From the human T2T-CHM13v2.0 reference genome, Homo sapiens, in NCBI RefSeq assembly GCF_009914755.1, contig NC_060927.1: a stretch of 64,000 nucleotides of DNA; one strand, given 5' to 3'. This document shows positions 1-10,800 of the stretch, piece after piece. The stretch's first letter is position 1; every line of letters begins with the position of its first letter. Below the pieces are notes generated by a model. That model was not told the origin of the DNA. It did no database searches and worked only from the letters and a program-made list of their open reading frames with translations. Made by a program: the position numbers and the translations under genes.

Positions 1-514
1 CAGAAGGGACAACATACTCAAACTTTCTGGAGACATTGTGCCTTTAATAGCCTGTATCTTGTTAAAACCACAGAAAGTACTGAGGTATGCCCAATATTGG
101 TGAGAATTCTAAGCAGGGATCTTACATGATTCTGTTCCTAGCTCTTCTCACTCTCTAAAATACTTTGTTGGCTTTCCTCATAATAATTCTGATTCTTTTA
201 CATTTGTCTTTGTTTCCCAGATCTTTTCAGTATACTGTGCCAAACTGTGGATATTGGCTTTTCTATATTCCATAAGGCAATTCTAATACCATTACCAAAT
301 TTCTGCTGAAAACTTAGGGGCTAAAGGTGGTTGGGTATGAATAGTAGCCATTATAATTAAGATAACTGTCCACATCTTCCCACATATGCCCTTTTCGGTC
401 ATATTTGTCTTCGGATCCTGTCCCACATCTTGTTAATCATAGGGATTTTCCAACATCAAATCTCCATCTTCTGTCTTCCTGACTCCTCGGCCACAAATGT
501 AATTCTCTGATTTG

Positions 515-640
515 ACACACCACACACACACACACACACACCCCAAACAAAAAAAAATTCTATTCCTCATTTGTCTCAACTATTTGACATTACTCTGATC
601 TTTTTATAATATACCTTTAGAAATATATATCTGTGTGTAA

Positions 641-678
<38 letters not shown>
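515..678. repeat. (CA)n at 515-541 and (TG)n at 642-678 microsatellites
   Basis: Both dinucleotide runs are directly visible. Confidence 0.95.
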
Positions 679-682
<4 letters not shown>

Positions 683-3337
683 TTGAGACCAGAATGGGCT
701 AAGGAAAACTACTTATGAATAAATAGAAATATAATGATTTTTGTAGATATATTTGTGCGTGACACTTGACAGTGACAGCCTTGCTGTAAGAGATTCTGCA
801 TGCATGCTTAAAATGCTGCTGCCTGGTAAATGCCCAAATACTTCCAGGACGAAGACTGGATTTTGAAATGGCTATGAGTGTACAAGGGGAAATAAACATA
901 AGAATAAAAAACGTGAGTGGAGAAAGGAATAACATGAACCGACTTAATATCACTTAAAATTACTGGGTGCAAGATTAATCATCATCAGCATTTTGTAAAG
1001 CGCAGAAATTGGTGTTTCTTATAAACCATTGAAATGCAAAAATAATGTAAATGTAACAATATTGCTGATGCATTTCCCTTATATTGTCATCCACAAATTT
1101 CTTAGAAACTGGTTTTAAGTCTTAAAAGGTAAATCATGACTATCTTGCAATCTTAATATTTTCCAAATTATATTAGCTTGTGCACTAAATTTATTGCAGC
1201 TTCTGTTTCTCTTAAAGGAAGTGTAAACTTCCTCCTCACCTTACTACCCCTTGTTAGCAAATAAATAAAAATGTTTTCTATGAAAGTAATTAATATCAAC
1301 AATAAATATAAATTCTTAATTACCATAATGATGATATACTAGCATAATAGTTATTAGGTAAATGCCAGTTAATTATTAAAATATATGTTTCCCTCAAAAA
1401 TATATGTTTGATTCAGTGACAAGGAACTGTGCTATCTAGAAAATATAAACTAAGAGCCTCCTTAGTATCTTATACTACCTTTGATGATGGAGAGGTTTGG
1501 TGTGGTTATTTTCAGAATGGACTGTCCAGTGGGAGAAAGTTTGGATGCATAGGTTTCTTATACTTGAAATGATCCAGAGAAAGATGAAAATACAAGGAAC
1601 CCTATGTGGTCTAATAATTAAAGCTTAAAGTCAAAATCTGGAAGCTAGGCTAAATATCAGAATTGTTTATTTTAATGAGTTAGAGGTTGAAAAAGTATTT
1701 TGAGCTCCTCTTTTGTTTGTATCCCCTTCTGCTGAAGCTGTTACTGGTGGATACCAATCACAGAGATTTCTTGAAAGCATTAAGAAAATGAAGAGAAAGA
1801 TGCTTTTCACCACCAAATTCTATGTTACCATTGCTATGTCTCCCTTTTTTTTTTCATCTCTGCCTTGAGACAATTTCTTTAGCAGGATAGAATCTCTGAT
1901 AAAATATAATGATAATATATAATGAATATTATACATTAGTTCTTACAGTAGAAAAATGAATGAAACATGGGCATTCTTTACATTTACAAAGCATGAGCAT
2001 TATAACAGCAGCTTTAATTAATGATTTTTTCTTGTTGCTGCTGCTATGAGAAAATATTCATTTAAGAATTTTATTTCTACTGTCTTTAGTCCTCAGCAAA
2101 TGCTAGAGTTAGAGACTTGTTGTTTTCGCAAGTGGTCTGAGATGGCACATCACCATCCCTTACAAGCAATTTGGCCTTCATTACAAATTAATGAAGTGAT
2201 AATTGCTCCTTGCAACCTTTTATGTGCAAAGAATGCTGGTTCTGTTTGCATTATCTTCTTGCAATGTACACCTCTGTTTTCAAGGACTTGTGGTATCTTG
2301 CCAAATGTTAAACTACACTGAGATCTCCATAATTAAAATCATATTTTACATCAAGTTATGAAAACCTCTACACAATATGTTCTGTTTGATGTCCAGTAAA
2401 ATGCTGTTCATTGCAGAATAAATTTGCAAATGATTCATCAAAGTAACAATCTCATTTATTACTAAAAGGAAATCTTGACTTAAGAAATTTAAAGTCAATT
2501 GGTTTACATTCAAATAATATTGTCATGATCGAACTTTCTATAAGATGGTTATGGAAAGCATTTGTTCTCTAGAGTTTTTGCTACATCTGTACTTTAAAAT
2601 GCCATTGTAGAACCAAGGTAATGTTACTAGAGAAGACTCTATAAAACACTAACTTTTAACACCAGAGATTTTTGGAGCACCAAGTCTGTTGACTGTTTTT
2701 TTATATTCAACATATACATTCATTTTGCTTTGAATGTGACTGTATTATTATAGGCACCTCAATGTAAAACCCTAAGAACTGAGACGCTCAGGTGCTCTTA
2801 TCTTCTTAAAAACTCAGTATATTACATACATATAGAGTGGATGCATGAAAATTGTATATTGGCAATTATTACAAATATAATGTGAATATTTTCTTTCCTT
2901 AAACTGAGGTTAGAATGTATCTTGTATATTACTTCTGAGATCTTCTAAAATAGTCTCAACTTGTTTCGTTGTTGAATCTCGGATGTGACAATGAAGCTAG
3001 GTCAATTTTGCCTCCAGAAAATGAGTGCCTATCTTGTATTTTAGATCCTGAACGATCAAGGTTTTTAAAATAAATAGTGCTGTTAACTTGTTTTGTTTGT
3101 AAGTTAATAGGTGAGCTATGAAGAACTAGAAGTTTTTAAACTGTGATTGTCACAACAGTAAAGTTCACAAATTGTTTTTTATAATTTAAGAATTTAGTAT
3201 AAAAAAATTTCCCCTAATGAGGCTTAAAGGCCAAATAAATGTCATGTTCCTTTGTTTGTAATTACCGACAATTTAATAAATTAATATTTTATTTTATTTT
3301 GTGATTAGAAGGTGTGAATTAAAATTTCTGTGTCTTT

Positions 3338-3508
3338 AAAGATGGCAACAATAAAAACTAGGGACTGCTGAAGGAGAAAAGGAGGGAGGCAACAAGAATT
3401 GAAAAACTAACTGTTGTGTACTATGCTCACAACCTGGGTGAGAGGATCAATCATACTCAAAACTTGACCTCATGCGATGGACCAATGTAGCAAACCTGTA
3501 CATGGCCC
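3338..3508 (+). mobile_element. L1 3'UTR fragment (L1PB/old L1PA-like)
   Basis: gaaaaactaactgttgtgtactatgctcacaacctgggtgagaggatcaatcatactcaaaac...caaacctgtacatg resembles the L1PB 3' end. Confidence 0.75.
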
Positions 3509-4133
3509 AAACTGGGAAAATATTCGTACAGATGAATTTTAGGCAGTAGTATTTTTTATTCTTTTTTTAAACAAACAAACAAAGCAAAAAACACACAAGA
3601 AAATCATAACATAGTGTCAATAGAAATAGAAAAAAACTGTTAATGCATTTTATATGCTGTTGATTTAGTTAAAAGTGTTTAATGTCTATTGTTCTTGATG
3701 AAAATTATTAATGCTTTATTGGAGAAAAATGTAGGAACACATTTATAATGGGCTTCACAAGGGTTTTATTCATAAATTTAACTACAATATTTAAATATAT
3801 TTAAATATTTTCTCTAAGAAAAACGTTTTGTTGTATTCCCATGAATAACTCTTACTTATAAGAAAAATAATATTTGTGCATATGCCAAAAGGTGAAGTTT
3901 TGTGCTCCATACTACAGTGAATATGAAGAGACCTGCCTAAAATTTAGCAAATGCCTATGAAACAAAATTAAACTAACTTTAGCATGTATCATGAATTAAA
4001 TTTACAAATGAATAGGGGATTCAATAAGGGTTCTATAATACAGAAATTTTCTTAAGATTGTCAGGGTTATGGAAGGCATAAGGCAGAAGAATGCACAGTC
4101 CCATGGGGTTATACCGTAAGAAAGGCATATTCC

Positions 4134-4425
4134 AGATGGGCACAGTGGCTCATGCCTATAATCCCAGCACTTTGGGAGGCCAGGGCAGGTGGATCACGAG
4201 GCCAGGAGTTCAAGATCACTGGCCAACATGGAGAAACCCCATCTCTACTAAAAATATCAAAATTAGCCAGTTGTGGTGTTGGGGGCCTATAATCCCAGCT
4301 ATTCAGGAGGTTGAGGCAGGAGAATTGCTTTAACCCAGGAGGTGAAGATTGCAGTGAGCTGAGATCGTGCCATTGCACTCTAGCCTGGGCGACAGGAGCA
4401 AGACTCTGTGAAAAAAAAAAAAAAG
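4134..4425 (+). mobile_element. Alu (AluS, Sq/Sp/Sg-like)
   Basis: Full dimeric Alu from agatgggcacagtggctca to gcaagactctgtg followed by an A-tail. Confidence 0.95.
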
Positions 4426-4474
4426 AAAAGAAAGAAAGAAAAGGAAGGAAGGAAGGAAGGAAGGAAGGAAGGAA

Positions 4475-4524
<50 letters not shown>

Positions 4525-4668
4525 GAAAAAGAAAGGAGGGAGGGAGGGAAGAAAGGAAGGAAGGGAAAGAAAGAAAGAAAAAAAGAAAGAGAAAGAAAGA
4601 AAGATAAAAAGAAAGAGAAAGAAAGAAAGAAAGGGAAGGAAGGAAGGAAAGAAGGAAGGAAGGGAAGA
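4411..4668 (+). repeat. Purine microsatellite (GAAA)n/(GGAA)n expanded from the Alu tail; includes (GGAA)9 at 4443-4478
   Basis: About 260 bp of nearly pure A/G directly after the Alu. Confidence 0.95.
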
Positions 4669-5860
4669 TTCCACAAGTTCCACAAGAAAAGAATAAAGGA
4701 CAGAATATCCACCACATCTTTCGTAAACAATAAAAGAGTTTACATTGACAATAATATAATATGTGGAAATATTACTTATCTCGATTCAAACACTTAGAAA
4801 AATTAACATGTGGTTTAGGACCAGTTTTAAGAGGAACACAAATGTGAAATTCAAGAGTTAGAAAGTTTTTGCGTAAGTAACAGAGATCCCTAGAAAACTT
4901 TACATTCAAGAATGGCATGACAAAAGATGTAGTTTCCTGCAAGAAGTAAGCAAAATGGGGCATAAGAGGAAAGTATGGACACAGAGATAACAGAAACAAC
5001 TGGTCTAATAGTTTTAGGATCATAAGTAACACACACTTACGATGCTAAGTTAAAAGCTTCTCAAAATTTGTCCTAAGGATCACAGAAAATAGTGCTTCAC
5101 TGTTCTCAAAAGTCTGAATGCTTTTAAAGGTTTTTACAGTGATAAAAGTTGTTCTAAGATAACCTTAACTGCTATAACAACAAAACCCCAAATATCTATC
5201 TATTTCTTGACTAAGAAAAGATCCAATGTGGGTGCAAAAGGCTTTAAGAATCGAATGTTTGCCATGTCTTCTGTTTTTCACACATAACTTGGTTTTATAT
5301 TTGGCGGGAAGCTGTGGGGTGAGGAACATTTCTATTTTTACTTCAAATTTTTTTTTCATAGTTCTGCAACACATGTCCATTGAAATGACAGTACATTAAA
5401 AAATGTCATGCATGATGATACATAGTAAAAATATCATTTATATTCACTTTATTTTACCTTATATCAATTTTACCAAAAACCTGGCACAAATTGGGAAAAG
5501 ATTAATAAGCATGAATTTTAGGCAGTATTATTAATTTTTTCTTTTTTAAACTGAGAAAAACACCCAAAAACATATGAGAAAATAATATTATAGTGTCATT
5601 GGAGACAACTGATTTGAGGTTTTGATCCTGGAATGTTTGATTAGGCTCTATTAACTGCTAAGTGTCTTTTTCCTGAATATTCAACAAACTGTAACGCAAT
5701 TGAAATGTGTTCATCAAAATTATAAATTACTTTATGTCCATTAACTCAGAGAACCTTGCAAATAAAAACTACAAACAAGAATGTTTTTAATGAGTAAATG
5801 ATGATTTATTATATAGAGATGGCTCTGACACCCTTATGTTGTATTCGTTATTATCATTAA

Positions 5861-5896
5861 TTCTGCCTCACTCTCTGTTTCTCTTTGATTCTTCAG
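5861..5896 (+). promoter_or_regulatory. EPHA3: 3' splice site: branch-point candidate CTCAC (A at 5870), polypyrimidine tract and CAG
   Basis: A yUnAy motif lies about 27 nt upstream of the exon, followed by an AG-free pyrimidine tract. Confidence 0.75.
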
Positions 5897-6557
5897 TGGG
5901 AAGAGATCAGTGGTGTGGATGAACATTACACACCCATCAGGACTTACCAGGTGTGCAATGTCATGGACCACAGTCAAAACAATTGGCTGAGAACAAACTG
6001 GGTCCCCAGGAACTCAGCTCAGAAGATTTATGTGGAGCTCAAGTTCACTCTACGAGACTGCAATAGCATTCCATTGGTTTTAGGAACTTGCAAGGAGACA
6101 TTCAACCTGTACTACATGGAGTCTGATGATGATCATGGGGTGAAATTTCGAGAGCATCAGTTTACAAAGATTGACACCATTGCAGCTGATGAAAGTTTCA
6201 CTCAAATGGATCTTGGGGACCGTATTCTGAAGCTCAACACTGAGATTAGAGAAGTAGGTCCTGTCAACAAGAAGGGATTTTATTTGGCATTTCAAGATGT
6301 TGGTGCTTGTGTTGCCTTGGTGTCTGTGAGAGTATACTTCAAAAAGTGCCCATTTACAGTGAAGAATCTGGCTATGTTTCCAGACACGGTACCCATGGAC
6401 TCCCAGTCCCTGGTGGAGGTTAGAGGGTCTTGTGTCAACAATTCTAAGGAGGAAGATCCTCCAAGGATGTACTGCAGTACAGAAGGCGAATGGCTTGTAC
6501 CCATTGGCAAGTGTTCCTGCAATGCTGGCTATGAAGAAAGAGGTTTTATGTGCCAAG
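5897..6557 (+). CDS. EPHA3: Ephrin type-A receptor 3, internal coding exon (exon 3; 661 bp, phase 0 start, phase 1 end): ephrin ligand-binding domain plus start of Cys-rich region
   Basis: The translation [35 protein letters not shown]...[19 protein letters not shown]...[17 protein letters not shown]...[10 protein letters not shown] matches recalled human EphA3. It is bounded by acceptor ctctctgtttctctttgattcttcag|TGG (AG 5895-5896) and donor CAAG|gtaaga (GT 6558-6559). Confidence 0.98.
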
Positions 6558-7685
6558 GTAAGAGCCTTCTCTATTTTTCTTTGAGCAATATTTCTCACCT
6601 ATGAGTTTATCATAGTGTCATTAAATGAAATGCACTCAGTCTCAACTCACTTGGCAGGAAAACATGCCTCAAACTGACCATAGTCTATTTATGGACTAAA
6701 ATTAATTCCATTTGATGTGGTAATTCATGCTTTGCTGTAGAAATATTAATGTATTTGATTATACAGTGCTGGCCTGCACCCTGTAATAGGTGTTATACAT
6801 GCTATATTTAAGTTTTTCTGCTGTTTAATAACTAAGGTAATCTAATTCTAGACCACCTGGAAGAAAAACATTCTATCTCTTTTATGTAGAAAGTTGAGAA
6901 ATCTTTAGCACTCAGCTAACCTAATTCTAACAGAATTAGATACTGTGGTGGTTATTTATGCTGGTGCTCATCTATCTCATAGCAATATTTACTTCATTGC
7001 TATAAAGTACAGTCTTTTCTTCACTGACATCTGGGTATCAAATACATGTTTACTTACAAGAGATTAGTGCTTTTAGAAGATTATTTGATTTAAAAATCCA
7101 GAGCTGATGCTTCAGTGTTTAATGTATACAGGCATGATTTTTAAGTGTCTTTTGCACCATGATTTGGCTCGTTTTAGTGCTCAAAAATTATTTGTATCAT
7201 CCGTTAGGCTTGAATGCATATTTGATATTAATATAATATCACAGAACTAGAACTCTTTAATCAAATTAATATTTATTAAAATCGCTTTATATTTTAAGTG
7301 GAATCAATTAAAATATCATTTTATATAAAATTATGTATATCAGCTGTGCTATATCATATCATAATTTCACTTAATCCCAAAATTTACTTAGCATTAGGCA
7401 AGGTTTTATGCTTAAGAACACACTAAAATTGTTACTCAAATTTTAAATAAATAAATATATAGGAGAAGTTAAGTATATTGTCCTTGAAATTTTGTCCATT
7501 TTAATGCCCTTGCTTGCTGTTACACTCTGTCAAGTCTGGTGTTCTACTCCTGATCGCATAATCAGTCACTTTTCTCAAATGCATGTGGAATAAATGAGAC
7601 TACTTTGCATATAAATTGTCCTCTTTAAATCTGGACAGAACATAATATTTTGCTTTTGACTGTAGACATGGTTCACAGAATAAAT

Positions 7686-7856
7686 TCCTCTTCCTCTTCC
7701 TCTTCCTCCTCCTCCTCTCTCTCCTCCCCCTCCCCCTCTTCCTCTTCCTCTTCTTCTTTTTCTTCTTCTTCTTCTTCTTCTTCTTCTTCTTCTTCTTCTT
7801 CTTCTTCTTCTTCTTCTTCTTCTTCTTCTCCTTCTCCTCCTCCTCCTCTTTCTTTT
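7686..7856 (+). repeat. Polypyrimidine triplet repeat with pure (TTC)23 at 7760-7828
   Basis: Counted directly. It gives the spurious poly-Ser ORF 7650..7862. Confidence 0.95.
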
Positions 7857-10800
7857 GGCTAGGTAGGATAGGAAAAAAGAAAGCTAAGAATAGTAAATGG
7901 TAAATTTTTCTCTTTCAATGGCTGTTTAGAGAGAGAAAATAAAGGAGGGTAGAAAGAAATATTGGCGACTAAAGAACGATTTAAGAATCGCATGCCAAAC
8001 AAACTCCAAGAAGCACCAGGAAGGTAAAGAGTACTTATTACAATAAATTTGGTGAAATAGAAATGCATATAAAAATAACTATGCAAGCTTAAACTGATAA
8101 GGAGTAGTATAAAAATTAGTAAGGAAGGTAAGAAAATATGTGTCATACCGTTTACTAGGAATTTATCTAATATATTTTAAAATATGACTTTTATTTAAAT
8201 ACATTATCTCTCATATTTGATGAAAGAGAAGGATACTGTAATATATTTTCTTTAATTTACCATGTATATAACTTAAAATTTATTTGGACCATGTTTCTGG
8301 GATCTGGGCAGACTTGCTGGATTTTGACAGCATGGTCAAATGGCAGGTGGGGTTGTTTTTTTGGGGAGGATGTTCATAAACCTCCTTTTAAAAGGGTAAC
8401 ACTGAAAAATTAAAATTATAAAGTGACATACTAAAACTGAGTCATCTGGCATTCACTTTCAAGCATTGACAATATTTTACTTGATTTTTTCATTTGGATA
8501 TTTCATATTTTTTAGATCCCAGCATAACTCTTCTTACTGGTTTTCTCTTTTTAAGATTGGAAGTGTGGGAAAATTTTGTATTAATACCAAGGAAACATCA
8601 TGATTTTTTTTTTTGTTCTTTTTAATCCAGCCTAATGAATTATGTTATCTGTTTTGGTTTAGTTTGGAGGGGAGAGATGAGGACGCTAATGGCTTTTTAT
8701 ATAGTCAGTTAATTACATTTGAGCCAGATAGCAGAAGGTTACTATAAATATTCCTTCTCATATAAACTTTGTTTAGACTTAGTGTACCAAATACCTTATT
8801 AATGTCACTGAAGAATTTGTTGCTCTGTGCTTTATCTCTGCACATTCATTGTGGAATGCTAACTTTATTCCTTCTTCTTTTACATTAGCAGCTAAATAGA
8901 AAAGTGTGTTTGATGTGATGTATGAAGACACCTAGACTTTTTGATGACTATCCAAAATTATATTTGTTTTACTTCTGACTTAGGATACCAGTTCTTACTC
9001 TCCACTCATTTCTCTGTTAATTCAGAAACTCTTAAAACAGCTGCCAAAGTTTCAATAACAGGATAATTTTAAGACTCTGCTTGCTCTGACAGAGGCGCTA
9101 GAGAAAATTGAAAACCTTAGTATATTCTTCACACCTACTAAGTCTGTGTGCACAATCAGAAGGCACCCTCTGGAACTGCAAGGTGCTCATGAGTGTGAAT
9201 GAACTCAGAAGCATTCCTTTCTAGTTGTTTTTTGCCTGGAAGTTCCTTAAGGGGAGACACCAGAAATGTCTTTTCTTAGAAACATCTTGCTTAGAACATA
9301 GCAGAATCTAATTGAGTAGGTTCTCAAGTAGATACCTATAGGATGTGTAATTACTGTGAGATTTCTATATTTCTATACCAACTATCCATTCTTAGAATAG
9401 AGGTCCTGAAGAGAATAGACTTTACATTATTTATCTTTGATTCCACTACGCCTTTCAGAATGCATTGCAAATAAAGATGTTAATTTTATCTAATTTGAAA
9501 TAAACATATTTGATTATTAGGTCACATACAGTTGCAGCCAGGCAATAATAGATTCATCTGACTTCTCGTTAGAATAACGAATAGATGATGAAGTAAAAGA
9601 ATAACAAATATTTTTACGGTACCAAAGATCATACTTTTTTCTTTTATGAATTTATGATGCATATTATCTTTCTGCTTTAAAATAATCAATTGTTTCTAGA
9701 TTAATACCTGTAATAAAGCAACCGTCTAAACAATTTTTGTAGATGCTGAAATAAATGTGGCATTTTTGTCCCTTAAATTTACTGATCTAATGCTTAAAGC
9801 ATTGGCTCACCTCGTAAAGACTACCCTATAATTATCGAGATTCTTACCTTCGGTTATGAAAAATTTCCTTTCTCTGAGGTTAAAATGACAGCTGTCTATT
9901 TCCTCTTTGCCTTTAGCAGTTATACATCCATTGTTTTTCCAACCAATGAATTTATTTAAATAAAAAGTATGGCACTGATAAGTAATAAGATAAATAACTT
10001 TAATATAACAAATTAAACAGATACATTATAGCTTTATAATAGCTATCAAGCCTCTGATTTATACAAGATTCTATGTCTTCTCATCAATTTATGTACATGA
10101 GCCTAATGCCAAAAAAATTTCTGCACTTGTCTTCAAATTACAGTTTGCATTTAATTGTTCTATTTAGCCAAAAGCTCTTGTCACTAACAAGTGTTTGAGG
10201 GCTTGGGCTTAGGAGTCCTAGGAATGCAGCTTATTAATTTTGTGGCTAAACATTTTGAGCCTTAGTTTCTTCATCCACAAAAGGGATGGGCTTCAAAATG
10301 GCCAGTGGATGTATTGCTTAGTCCACTGCACAATATACAGCACTAGACACAAGGTATTTGAACGTCATTATTTTCAGTCATCAGAATCCCTGAAATGTGT
10401 TACCTTCCTTGTTTTCTTGTTTCAATACATTTTAGAACATTTAGATATGATGAAATCACCCATTCAACAGCTTACCTTAGACCTTAGACATATTTTAAGA
10501 GATAAAACATGTATTTAATGAATGTATATATTTGTGTATTCATTATTTATTCATTGATTGCCCACCTTCTTCCAAACAAGGATCCAAAAGGATTGTGCTT
10601 TTCTAAAGAGACATTTTTTTTGTTCAATTAAACCTCTAGTCTATTAAACCATGGGTGATATTTCCTCCATTATCTTATTGTTAAGTGTTATTTTTCTTCC
10701 AAACAGCAGTCACGCTTGATTTTTCCCATCTGGTATTGGACTCAGTCTCTTTTTTTTCATAGTATGAATCTTCCCACTGATTTTTCCAAAGTGCCTTGAG

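Noticed and set aside
1-495. Purine-biased minus strand that looked like a decayed coding or retroelement fragment
   Set aside because: Stops occur in the frames I tried and I could not assign a family; it needs a Dfam or tBLASTx search.
4109-4797. Several 98-202 aa ORFs rich in K/E/R or F/L/S
   Set aside because: They are translations of the Alu and the stop-free GAAA/GGAA microsatellite.
5885-5896. ORF-track start (MILQ) of the 239-aa ORF
   Set aside because: The TTG lies in the polypyrimidine tract; the real exon starts at 5897 after the AG.
6080-6598. 172-aa antisense ORF over the EPHA3 exon
   Set aside because: It is a shadow ORF of the coding strand with a non-ATG start and no recognisable motif.
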